Origin: Ostrea edulis
Lineage: Eukaryota
Reading direction: 5' to 3'
Length of the DNA stretch: 64,000 nucleotides
Assembly (NCBI RefSeq): GCF_947568905.1
Contig: NC_079171.1
Coordinates: 47,678,001 to 47,742,000 of the forward strand
Position numbers and translations under genes: made by a program. Each line of letters starts with the position of its first letter. Position 1 is the first letter of the stretch. Positions 14,033 to 26,717 of the stretch are shown one piece after another. The notes beneath the pieces are model-generated. The model had not been told where the DNA came from, ran no database searches, and saw only the letters and a program-made list of their open reading frames with translations.

Positions 14033-14277
14033 ATCCAAATAGAAAGAGTTGATATCACACAGTCAAAATAATTCAATAAAAAAAGCAGGAAAATATACAG
14101 TTCCAAAATATATTTAAATCACTAGCGCTTTCTGGATTTTAACATCCATCCTCAGGTGAATACAAATTTGGATAGAAAAACACCCGAAACTTATCCCAAG
14201 AAATTTCTCAATGGAATCTATTATAGATTCCATAAAATTCATTTTGGAAAACAACACATTTAATTTTGATGGCGAAA

Positions 14278-14335
<58 letters not shown>

Positions 14336-17119
14336 AATGATCACAAGGTAAAAAACGTTCAATAATAATCAACGATCAGCCATTTCTTTGAAAATAAGTA
14401 AAATTTTGTCAGTGACATCCCTTTTAATAGTCTATTTTATGATTGCCATGCTTAATTAGTATTATCTTATTGTATGTATCCCTTTGCATTATGCGCACAG
14501 CTGTGCCCATTTTGATATTATCAGTGTTTTAGATGCATATTGATTGGGATCAATTTGTGTAATTTACATGTTTATTTGCTTATCATGGGCACGAATTGTG
14601 CTATGTTAACTGACCTGATTTTACATTCTCATCAAGCAGAAATTATTCAAGAGCTTTTACGTGAGAAGAAAATATATCTTGTTGTGGCCTTCAATTCGAC
14701 ATATAGATAGATCGACGACGTTTTATCTATCAACAATAATATTTTTTGGAGGGCCTTCGTGGTCGAGTGGTAGGCGCCGGGTATATTTTTCGGTGTATTT
14801 AATGAGAAATCTTCATTTCTACTGCATAAAGTCCATTTTTTCTACCAGAAACATTTCCTTTGAATGGGAACTCAATACTCGACTGAGGAAACCAATAAAA
14901 ATCATGGTACAGTGTATACAGTGTACAGTGTATTTGACTAAAAACCCCATGTGGCGTAGGGGGTGAGAATATTGCGGCGTAGGGGGACCGGGATTCCCTT
15001 TAGAAAAGTTTCTTACAAAAATCCACATCATAAAAACAGTGAATATATAAATATCAAATTCAAACTTGTTTAAGGTAACTCTGATATTTGTTCGATAAAC
15101 CGACAATGATGTGTCTTACTTTTTATGCTATTAAATTTTCATTTTTAAAAAATTCTCTAAAATATATTACCAAAATACCAGATGATTAAGTCAGTTTCAT
15201 ATTTGAATGAAGTTGACATGAACTTTTGATAATTTCAGGTAATGTAATGACCAGAAAGACAAACAATCTTTGGTTAAAAGACACAGACACTTAAAGTATG
15301 GATACTACTTAGCCCCCCCCCCCCCCCCCCCCCGATATGTTTTTGGTACGATAATTTCTCTGAAATGTGTGGATTCCCTGTCTATCTCACCCTAATATTG
15401 ATTGATGTACAATCGTTTCACTTTTTTGTAAGCTTCAGAGATTTATCATCTACTGATATAATAAAATAACAATCTCTAAAGATTACAAAAAAGTGAAACG
15501 AATACATAAATATAAATTAGGATAACATAGACAGGGAATCCACAAATTTCGGGAAATTGTCGCCGCAAAAACATGAGGGGGTGGGGGATAAGTAGTATCC
15601 TTACTTCAGGTGCCTCTGTAAATAAACCAAAACGAGTAACACTGGCATAAAAAAAGAGAATTTAGAAACACTACCTAAATGCGTTACTCCAAAAAGATAG
15701 AAGAATCCCTCTTGATCCATTAAATTAGAAAATCCCTCTCAAGAAACTTTTCGACCGAAACGTCAACGAATCGAATTTCCTATATTTCCTTTTGGCTCGT
15801 TTCTCAATCTATTTCATGTATAAGACTGTTTGTAAACATTATCGAATTATTTACGAATAAATATTATTTAAACTAAATAACTAAACTTTGCTCGTAAAAT
15901 TAACCAACTATGCATGTACAGAAAAAAAACTCACCGGGCATCCCCTTCTATTGCTACGTGTTTGATAATTATCTATGTGTACATTTGAGTAAGTTGATTT
16001 ACACTAACATTGATTTTCAAAAGAATGAATTACAAGTGAGTAAACATATTTCAACAAAAAGATTACATTAGAGATGCATGTTTAATATAATTAACGTTTC
16101 GGTCATTGACACCTGATGTACATATTTTCTCCACAGTGCGAAATGATTCCAAGACGTTTGTTTGCACATGAAATTTCTGAAAAGTAATAATGAAGGATTG
16201 ATGTTATTCTAAAGACATCCTTGCCCTGATATAAAAATGTTGTGGACTGCGAAAAATCACACAAGGGACACATAAATATAATCAACGACTAAAGGTATTG
16301 AACAGCAATATCATTTATCAGTTATTACACTATTCTTTAATGGCACTTACACGTACAATCAGAAATAGTAAATCCTTATAACGATGCAATGAATTGAGGA
16401 CCGCAACCAAACTCAGCCAGAGTTCGTTTTAGCATGGACCGCAAACATTCTCTCACCAGAGATCGCGTTACGCAAGCTTCCCTTACATCCTTGTCAACGC
16501 TTGTAATCACGTGATAATATAATCACATGGTATAAATGTGGTCATTCTCGTTTCCTTTCTTTTTAAAAGTTCTGGTAACAGGTTATACATCAGGCTCTTT
16601 TCATAACCCACTGGCACTTTGATAAGTACAGTTTTGTTATTAAGCTGTTTGCCTCTTATTTTACAAGTTTTATTGAATGTGTTACAGCCTTTCTTACTTT
16701 TGATTCCATGTTTAGGTTAAATTTCTACCACGTGAATGACCTACAGTACTGTACATTCATATGCATATTACGAAGTAGTTCCAAATTTAGGACCAGAAAC
16801 AGTTATTTTAAAGAATTTACAGTAAGCATCAATTTAATTGTACCAAAAGCATTTCATATTATGACAGACTATTTAGTCCAAAACATAAATACAATGTATT
16901 GGATATTAGAAACTTTTACAAGATTTCTGTAAAGGGCCATTGACAGAGGTCTAGTGCTCGTAGCGCACGGGACTATGAGTAGAGGATAGGACCGCAACGT
17001 GTTATACACCACCTGTATTCAGGGTGGGGAGGGGGATGTTGATAACTCGTGCTGCACTGTGAAAAATGTCTTTAGTTTGATTTTGACGCATATAACAATT
17101 CCCGCATAAATCATATATA

Positions 17120-17159
<40 letters not shown>

Positions 17160-17507
17160 CGATTTTCACATGTATCGTTTAGATCCTAGGAGTAAACGTA
17201 AGGTTGGGTGTTATAATTGTTTGTTTGTGCTTTATATTAAATATTCTATACAATTGCATCGAGAGATCCACTCTCCTTATAAAATATCTTAAACACTGAA
17301 TGACACAGCGACTGTGTGGGATTGCATCAGTGTGTATAAGTAGCGCTTTAGGAACATAACAAAGCTTCCTTTCTTAGGGAAGTCGTTGTGGCCGAGTGGA
17401 CTTACGCACTGGTTTGACAATCTTGCTAGGCGGTGGGTGCCGTACGTCGCTGGTTCGACTCCGGGCTGGGGCGAAAATTTCCAGTACCTAGTTGTGATTA
17501 TTTAGTG

Positions 17508-17545
<38 letters not shown>

Positions 17546-18832
17546 GGATAAATCTCCGATATAATCTTCTAGAGTGCTCAACGTGGCCTTACGGAGCTAC
17601 ATACATTGATGATCAGATGGATTTCAGTCACATATCATTTATTTCTCTACAGGCTGTTTCGTAAGGGGATAGCTCCCTTCACTCGTCAGGAGAAAACTAC
17701 ACCTAACGAAAAACACCTACATGATTGAGTATATGTTACACAGAAACATACTGGATAGTTGCTAAGCATGATTACACACATGATTGAGTAAATAGAAGTT
17801 TACTGGAATGACGGCAATTACTGACAAGTTCTGAACGTTTATTTAATGAAGATTTTTCGGGATGATATATTATAAAGAATTTCTCTAAAATACATAGGTT
17901 GCACTTTTTTTTAATGATGATATTTTTCTAAAATTTCCCACGTGATTTTGTAGTTAATATTTTTATCTTTCAATGTCCATATGAATTTTCTGAGCTCGGT
18001 GGTATTTTTTTTTCGTGGGATTACTGAATGAATGGGTGTGGTTGGCGTATCTTAATTTGAACTCAGTGTCTGCTAGTCCCACGTAGCTCTCTTCTTGCCC
18101 ATTATCGGTTCTGACTCTAGCTAAATAAACAATTCCGTGGGCGCGACATTCACCGTTGAGCGGGCATTGATCTTTAGTACGGCAATTCTACTGTTACATG
18201 TATCTCCAGTCAGGCACACTTGTTTGATTGAAGCATTATGCGAGTCAATTACATTTTGCATGGATGACATACAACTCTATGGTATTTTAATAGTATTTCT
18301 GTTGATAGTCGAGTATAGAACATGACCTATAGGGAAACACTCATCTATAATCTTGAGAAACTGTTTACCCAAGTTTGTTTACGTTACGTTCATATGGGGG
18401 GTTAAACCATGTGATGTTACGGGAACAATTTCTTCTGCTGTTTTGTTTGGTTTTGGCAGATTTGTCGTATTTTAGCTTGTACTCATAGCCGCTTTCATCA
18501 AGTGCTTTTTCGTATATTCCTGCGGTTTTGACGAATTCTTCTTTATTCGATGAAATTGATGACAATCGGTGATTGATGCCTGATGGTATAACTTTAAGTA
18601 TGGAAGGCGGGTGGTTGCTGCCGGAGTGTAGGTAATGCGGAATGTTGCCGGGTTTCAAATACGGGGAATGTTTGCTTGTGTGTAAGTTCAACGTTACATC
18701 TAAATAGTTGACCACCTTCTTGTTGGCATATATAGTGATACGGAGACCATGATCCTCAAATATCTTGCACAGACGTTGTTTTATCTTCTCTGTGACTTGT
18801 GCGTTGCATTTCGTAACACCTAGTGCGTCGTC

Positions 18833-18879
<47 letters not shown>

Positions 18880-21800
18880 TGAGTTGGTTGGGAGTCAATC
18901 AGTTCCTCTACATGCTATTAATTTTACTCTGCAAAACCCATGACGACTTTAAACATTTAAGATAACCGTCAATCATGCACTGTAATTTTACTTCGGTTCC
19001 CTACAAACAAAATGATCTGAGAATTTTCCATATAATTTTGAATAAAAACAACAATCGCTGCGCTGAATATACATTATGTATATATTTTAGTAAGAAATTT
19101 TGCTTACGTTAAAAGGATTATCAGTCCCCCTACGTCACAAGATTCTCACCCCCTACCCCACATGGGGTTTTTAGTCACATAATCGGCATACCATGATTTT
19201 TATTGGTTTCCTCAGTCGAATATTGAGTTCCCATTCAAAGGAAATGTTTCTGGTAGAAATGGTTTTGGACTTTATGCAGTAGAAATGAAGATTTCTCATT
19301 AAATACACCGAAAAATATACCTGGCGCCTACGCTACTTGTAGATTGTCGAAGTGTTTGAGTATTTCCAAAGAGTTCTAGACTCCCCAATTGTTAGTGCTA
19401 GCTTGTCAGTAACCAGTGTCTTTAGTGCAATACTTTCGGCTTTCTAGATTTATCTTAATTAAACACAATCAGTCTTTGAATACTTGTCGACCTACTTTCT
19501 TCGCTTCGAAATCACATCCGCGCGCTACACTGATCACGGTCCCCGCATGTGGCATTGTACACGGTGTACATTGTATCTGGGTTCTTTCTTCCACCAATAA
19601 AAACTGGGCGCCACCAAATAACTGAAAACATATTGAGTGTGGCGGAAAACATCAATTAATCAATCAATCATTCACACATCGATTCGATATTATCCATGTG
19701 AACTTCAAAGAAAACAAATTTGTCTGTTTCATACCTACATGTAGATATTTTATTGAAAATGGATATTAACAGCAAACTGTATGACAAACGGGACGATTTC
19801 AGCTTCTCCATCGTCAACTTTCTATAGTTATGTAGCAATATTCCATTATCACCTGCATATTGTTTTTATATCTCTCAATTGATTCGATACGCAAGGGCCT
19901 GTTCTGCGCATGTTCAGTTTTTATATCGAAGTAGGCTACTGGAACACAAGTTGATGGTACAGGGGTTTCAACAGTCGCGTTATTAAAATCACCATTTCGC
20001 AAATTTTATGGTCGTTACAACGATCTCCTTTGCCAATACAACCTATCATTGAGTCAAATAATGTCTGACGTGTTTTATACCGATTGGTAGACCGTTCTTG
20101 GCACACTGATTTTGACTAGAAATAGCTCCGTTTACCTGATCAAGATATAGGGTTTACGGCAGATGTGACCGGTCAAAAGGGGATGCTTACTCCTCCCGGG
20201 CACCTGATCCCACCTCTGGTATATTCAGGGGTCCGTGTTTGCCCAACTTTATGTTTTGTATAGCTTACAGGAGTTATGAAATTGATCACTGTTCGTTATC
20301 TTCGCCTTTCATGAAATTGATCGCTGTTCGTTATCTTCACTTTGCAAACAGGTCTGTATTAAGTTGTCTCAGCCAATTAATGTTGTATATTTTGGTCTAT
20401 GACGTCAGGTTTTTTGTTCTCATATATGTTTGTTTTTTTATTTCAAAGTTGCGGAATATAAATGTTATTTACAGATATGTCCAGAGAAGAAGTATGAGTA
20501 GGCATACGATATCATTGGAAACTCTTTGAAAACATGATGAATAAATATATTCTTTTAAGCGTCGACATGTGTTATATTGTAATGGGCATCAACTGATATA
20601 CACGTACAGACGTAAAGTTAGTCAATTTCTACTTGATATATTAAAAACCACAAACTATCGCATTGTCACGCCGTGAATCAATAATGCGATATTTCGATTT
20701 TGGGTTTTGTGTCTGTGGGCATCAGAGCTTATTATGGTAGGCTATTTAATATGTACTTTTAGGTCCTAGTGAATACACTACGCGGTTTGCTGGATTTTAC
20801 CTCTACGTATCCAACACTACGTCAAAGGATGACGGTCATCTGTGTTTCCATGAAATACAGAATGTGAACGGTACACCAGTAGAGAACCAGACGATAAGCT
20901 GTTCTGTTCATGGACAATATGTTATATACTACAACGAACGGAAACAGGGTGTTAACTATCCTAGTTTCTACTCACCAAACGCATTTAATGAACTGTGTGA
21001 ATTGGAAGTTTATGGTGAGTAGAACTGCCTCCTATTTCCCCTTAGTGCCGCATTGTGAGTTATTCAAAGCTGTATGACCCGATGTTCATGTATTATTTTT
21101 GTACATAATTACTTTAAAGCAGATTAATTACTTAATAAAGTTATTAACTTTTCCTTAATTACATGCTTGAAAACATCTGCATGTAAAAGAAAACAGTGAG
21201 AATATTATTTAGACAGCAAATATAGTGTGGTACATATATAATTATACAGTGTTAGACGTCTATAAATAGACACACGCGCATCAAGGTAATCCCAACATGA
21301 TGTATTAACTCATACGCAACTGTCTAGTTTTAAGGTTGAAAGAGCGTAATACAACGAATTACTAAGAGGTATTTGATATTTTTATTTCTATTAAACTTAT
21401 AGCACGGTATAGTTGTAACAAAGTACACAGCTTTACACTTGGCTATATTTAGATCTAAAACTTCATAGTTATTTCGGATTTCAAACATTTCGGTTGAGCA
21501 TCACTGAAGAGACATTATTTGTCGAAATGCGCATCTGGTGCATCAAAATTGGTACCGTATAAGTTTTACAGATAAGATCACCGATGATCTGAAAGTTTGA
21601 ACTGGTCACGTGACTGTCACTTGAAATGACAGAGTGATGCGGTTATTTGTAAACATCGATTTAAAATCAAACAATTTTGGTTAAAACAGGTGAAATAATG
21701 TATGATATGTCATACAGCCTCATAACTACATACGTGTGATGATTTAATAGCGTTTTTACGAGATGGAAAGATATTGTAATTCGGACCATACAGCTTTAAT

Positions 21801-24588
21801 TATGTACAATATAAAGAAAATTGAATATTTCTATGTCTTAATACAGGATGTCCCGACCCAAAATATTTTGGAGTGAATTGCGATCAACCGTGTCCCGACG
21901 GATGTCAAGAAAAAAGGTGTGACGTCATTACGGGCCATTGTCTGGGATGTATACCGGGTTATCAAGATCCTCGCTGTACCAAGGGTATGTGTACATGCAA
22001 ATGCTCAATGCTACCACAGCGCCCATCGAAAATTTTAGAACTAACTTTTTTTTTTAAATTCCACGTCTTTTTTGTCCGCATGTATTGTGGAGCTACGGGG
22101 CTGTTCCCTTCCCCAGGACAAACGAACAAAAAGTTTTACTTAAGTAACACATGTACTAACAAGGTTACCTTTAATTGACCTAATTAGAGGAGAAGGGGTG
22201 GGGTTTTTTTTACTACAGTGGGGACAGCACACCCTTGACCAAGTTTTTTTAATTACGAATACCCATCCCCCTTTTGACAGCTCTGGAAAAATAAAGCATG
22301 TATCAATGGCAGATTAAAGGGGGCGCAGCCGCACCCCCCCCCCTAAAATGTTCATATTTAAGGTAAATCGTGGTATTTTGTTTAGAAAAATGTACTAAAC
22401 GATAAAAGAAGCAATAATTTCTTCCAATCTTGGAGAAATAAATGACAAAATCTTTTGATTTCTTGAATTACTTTATTGGGAAAACTTTTCCAAAAACCCT
22501 TAAAATTTGCGTCAATTTATTAATTTCACCTTGTTAAAAATGATAGAAAATAGTACAAATGACTAAATAGGTGACATATTTCAAGCCCTATAAAATCTGT
22601 AATATCCAGGAGCTTCCGGGGGCTCCCCCCACACTGGGCCCCACCAGGGCTTCACCTTTGACCCCCTGTCTCATAAAGTGGCGCCCCCGTACATTTAACC
22701 GCGATTCCTGGATCCGCCCCTGTGTATGTCATTGTTCCTATTGAAGTGTTATATTTATGTTTACAGTTTCATATACATTATTAAGCTGTACTATCAATTG
22801 ATGGATTGAATACTGGTGATTATTTGTACATGGTCACAAGGATGATCTTGGAGGAAAATCAGCGGGTTTTAAATATCCTAATTCGATGTGGTAATGGATA
22901 GAAATGTTAGTCCAATGCGAATCCCTGTACATTATATTGACTTTAGGTATTTTCATATGGATTAAGAACCTAATATATTAACAACTAACATTAGTGCTGA
23001 TACATTGGCGGATCCAGATTGGGTTTCCTGAGGTCGGAAAGTCAGAAACTCCAACCCCCCCCCCCCTTTCATCAGAAAATTGTGCTTGAAAAGGTATCAA
23101 TAACGCATTTTTAGGATGACTCCCTTTGAAAGACCAAAGTTAATGGCAGAACCCCTCTTCCCTTTCAAACAATTCTGAATCTGTCCCTGCTGATATATAA
23201 AATTAAAGTTTAATGCAGAATTTCGGAAAGTTTTTTAGTATAAGCTGATACAAATTGATGATTTTTAATCTTTTCATAAATATTAAACATTTTTTCAATC
23301 AAAGATTGTTTTGTTGTTTGTTTTGGTGGGAGGGGGTATAGCTACTGATGAGTTTACACAAGCATTTACAAATCTTCTCAATGATTTTAACTTGCAAATT
23401 TAAAAAAAAAAATATGGTGGCCATGAGTCCGTTTCCATGTTGCTGGCGGTAAAACAGGAAATAATTATCAATTACGTTCATATTCTTTGTTCAAGGCTTG
23501 TTCTAATCAAATATCATATTTCATTACATATTCCGTGGGGATCCTGGTTAGAATAGGTCCTTTGTACCACTTGCTTCTCGTAAGAGACGAATACATCTTG
23601 AGACAAGGTTTATCAAACCAATGCTATAGCGTGAATTACCTAATCTTGCATGGTTATTGCATATACGGATGCATACTAGTATAATGTTTCTAATCTATTG
23701 TTAGCGTACTGTTGTCATTTAAAATTAATTAATCTAGTTTCCATTGTGCTTATACGGATCATATCATTTAAATTGTAAAGTGATCCCCAACGTTGAAGAC
23801 AACAACATTAACACCCGATATTTACTAATCAATACTAAAAGAGACAAACAGCTACAAATATATACAGGAGTGAAAACACAACCTCGCTCTTGTGGTTCCT
23901 GGAATCGAGAGATTCGGGGTTCCCACTTCCGGTAAAAAGGAACGGGTCCCCTGGCAAATCGCCCATATCATAATTTAGATAGCCAATTTCACTACATCCC
24001 CCTATTTTGGGGAGAAATGTTCCTATTCCGAAATAGAAAGATCCTACTCTGACAGATTCCGATGAACAACTAATATGATTACCGAAACCCCTCTCTGAAA
24101 ATTACACATTACACATTAATTAAAACAATACACAGATCAAAATAATCATATAATGGACATATATAAATTTTACCCTAAAATTAATTAAATTTTAACCTTA
24201 CGGACACACAATACATTATCGGAAATCCACGAACAGAAAAGCCACATCACAAAGACAAATGGAATGTCACACACAGTCCAAAGATACATGGAGCATTCTA
24301 CACGCACACATCTCAGAGCAGGGAATCAGATAGGCACATCACAGCCTCCAGTAACGACACACAAATAGGACTCCCCGCTTACCAACAGTGGGGCTATTCC
24401 TAACAAGGATTACATAAACTAGGAACACTCCCCATTTATACATGCATAAAAGATAGACTACCGGGTCCCTAAAAAAACCATCTTTAGTGCAACAACCTCC
24501 CGCACAACCAGTCCTGCTCATACCTCTGGTTTCCTTTGAGATCAGTCCCGAGCTTTATCCGACTATAGCGCAACCGAACTACAATTTG

Positions 24589-24635
<47 letters not shown>

Positions 24636-26645
24636 ACAATAGTTCCGTTCCTCATCATCCGGTGTAATTTCCACACATGCTTGGTGACACCAATCCCGGC
24701 TGACTACATTGGACCATCATTCTCTTAGGGTTCGTCTGTTTACACACACAATACTGTTTGACAGCCATAACCTTACTTCATTGTGTGTGCGGGTGAACTG
24801 GCTTTGAGGCCGGTGTCCTTTTAGACATGCTCCTTGTACCCATATATGGTCCATATTCTAAAGGAGAACTAACTGCCCCGCCCCTGGTATCCGTATCAAC
24901 CCTTAGGGTCTCAGATTTCTCGTCAGCTGAACAGCCCTCCACACCATCTGATGAGGGTCGGTTATCCCTTGGACCCCCACACCAATGATAATTTACCAAC
25001 CACTTAGGCAATTCCCCAGACTCGCAAAGTTTACCTTGTCATGGCACATGACCTATAGCTCACGGCGAGACTTAACTACATACACACTTTCAGATTTAAC
25101 CTCAGCACCCCCCCCCCCCCCGGGGGGGACCCAACCAAATTAATTAAACCTTTTCCCCAACATTCCTGCGCCAGTAAACAATGATTTTACTTTAAACTTT
25201 CGCTCCCTAATACGCAAGTCGCAGTCCCGCTTCATAGACTTTTGGGACCCTCTTAATCTGTCCCTAGCTAGTTCATGGGCCTCGTGAAGTTGCTTATGGG
25301 ACTCTGAAACATACTTGTTTACCTTTACCCCTCACTTTGAACAGACCCGGGGGTCTTGAGCATAAGGATTGCAGGAATATTCACCCCCATCCCAGTATTA
25401 ACCTGTTTGGGGTACACCCCGTATTACGGTTTACTGGTGAACGGATTGCGCCTGCTAATGGACTTTGTATTAGTCCCAGATGCGAGGTTGGTTATCCACA
25501 TAGCACATGGCGTCCATCAAGGTACGATTGTCCATTACTGGATGTTCTATATGGAGTTATGAATATTGAGGGGTTTGCACACTTTCGGGAACAACTCACT
25601 TTCTCCCCTGATTTGTGAATATTTCAAAGGGGTAGCTAAATCGTACAAAGAAATTAATCGCTGAGCAAGCCGTTATCTCTGCCGTTAGTGATGGTAACGT
25701 GGCACACTCCGCCAATTTGTAAAACTATCGTCCACCACCAATCCCCCATCTGTATGCTGCAGGGGTTTCAAGAAGTCTAAATGAACCCTCTCCGTGGGAC
25801 TACAAGCCCGGTATATCTTATACGATGTTCGGTGGAAAAGGGTTGTCTTTTTATTCTCATTACATACCCCACAGACTCGCACATAGTCCTTAATATCTGC
25901 CGACATTCCCCGTCATTAAACGTCTGTTTAAGCCGTTCCTTAGACCGATTAACCCCCTGGTGGTCTACTAAGGGAATATCATGGCAAATGGGCACAACTT
26001 CGACTTTTAGTTCACGCAGTACCAGAAAATGACACTGACAACTAAGGTTATCTGCTCGCCGCCAAATAACCCAGAGTCATCCAACCGGAAACATTCTCGT
26101 TCCAGTAATAGCATTTTACTTCAGGGTCGCAACAAAAAGGTTCCCCCCTCTGAAGGGGTTACCACCAAGGCCAAATACTCCCTTCGGTGTAATAATGCCT
26201 GATCAAGTTTCTAGGCGCCTACTACTGGCCAGGATCGAATGAGGACAAGGGGAATCCCTTAATCCCTGATAATGCTCACCCTCTGAACTGGTCCCTGTAG
26301 GGGCTACATGTAACTGTCATGTAACATCTGGCATCAATCCCCCATCCTGATTAATAACTAACCTAACAGTTGGAGATATCCCTGTCATCCCACCCATTCT
26401 TAAGTAACCGCCTAACCCGATCTATCACCTAGTCATCTCGCCCCAGCAGTGGGAGCCTCATCCCTATCAGAAAACCCAGTCGGATTTACCCTCCTAAAAT
26501 AACTGAACCATTGGGACAACGTAATCTACTTCCCCGAGGAAGTCTTGACATTTATCGTGGGTACGTGTGCAATACCTGAACCCCCCGCACGGCAAGTATT
26601 GCAAACGCACATTCTTTCTAAGGGGCATACAGGGCGGCACGACAT

Positions 26646-26717
<72 letters not shown>

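Larger units (their letters stand above)
14770..19331. mobile_element. Segment bounded by ~230-250-bp inverted repeats (putative long-TIR element)
   Basis: 14770-about 14995 is the reverse complement of about 19115-19331 (GTAGGCGCC...GGCGCCTAC); no clear TSD; no transposase seen. Confidence 0.6.
14545..20342 (+). mobile_element. Same PLE family, split copy (14545-14745 and 19671-20342) interrupted by nested insertions
   Basis: MGTNCA...[16 protein letters not shown] resumes at 19671 with GATTCGATAT...TGTGAAC exactly where the 35 kb copy continues. Confidence 0.75.

Noticed and set aside
17335-17385. Possible fifth hammerhead on the minus strand (AAAGCGCTA present)
   Set aside because: Core reads CTAAGAA and TAAA, and stem I does not pair.
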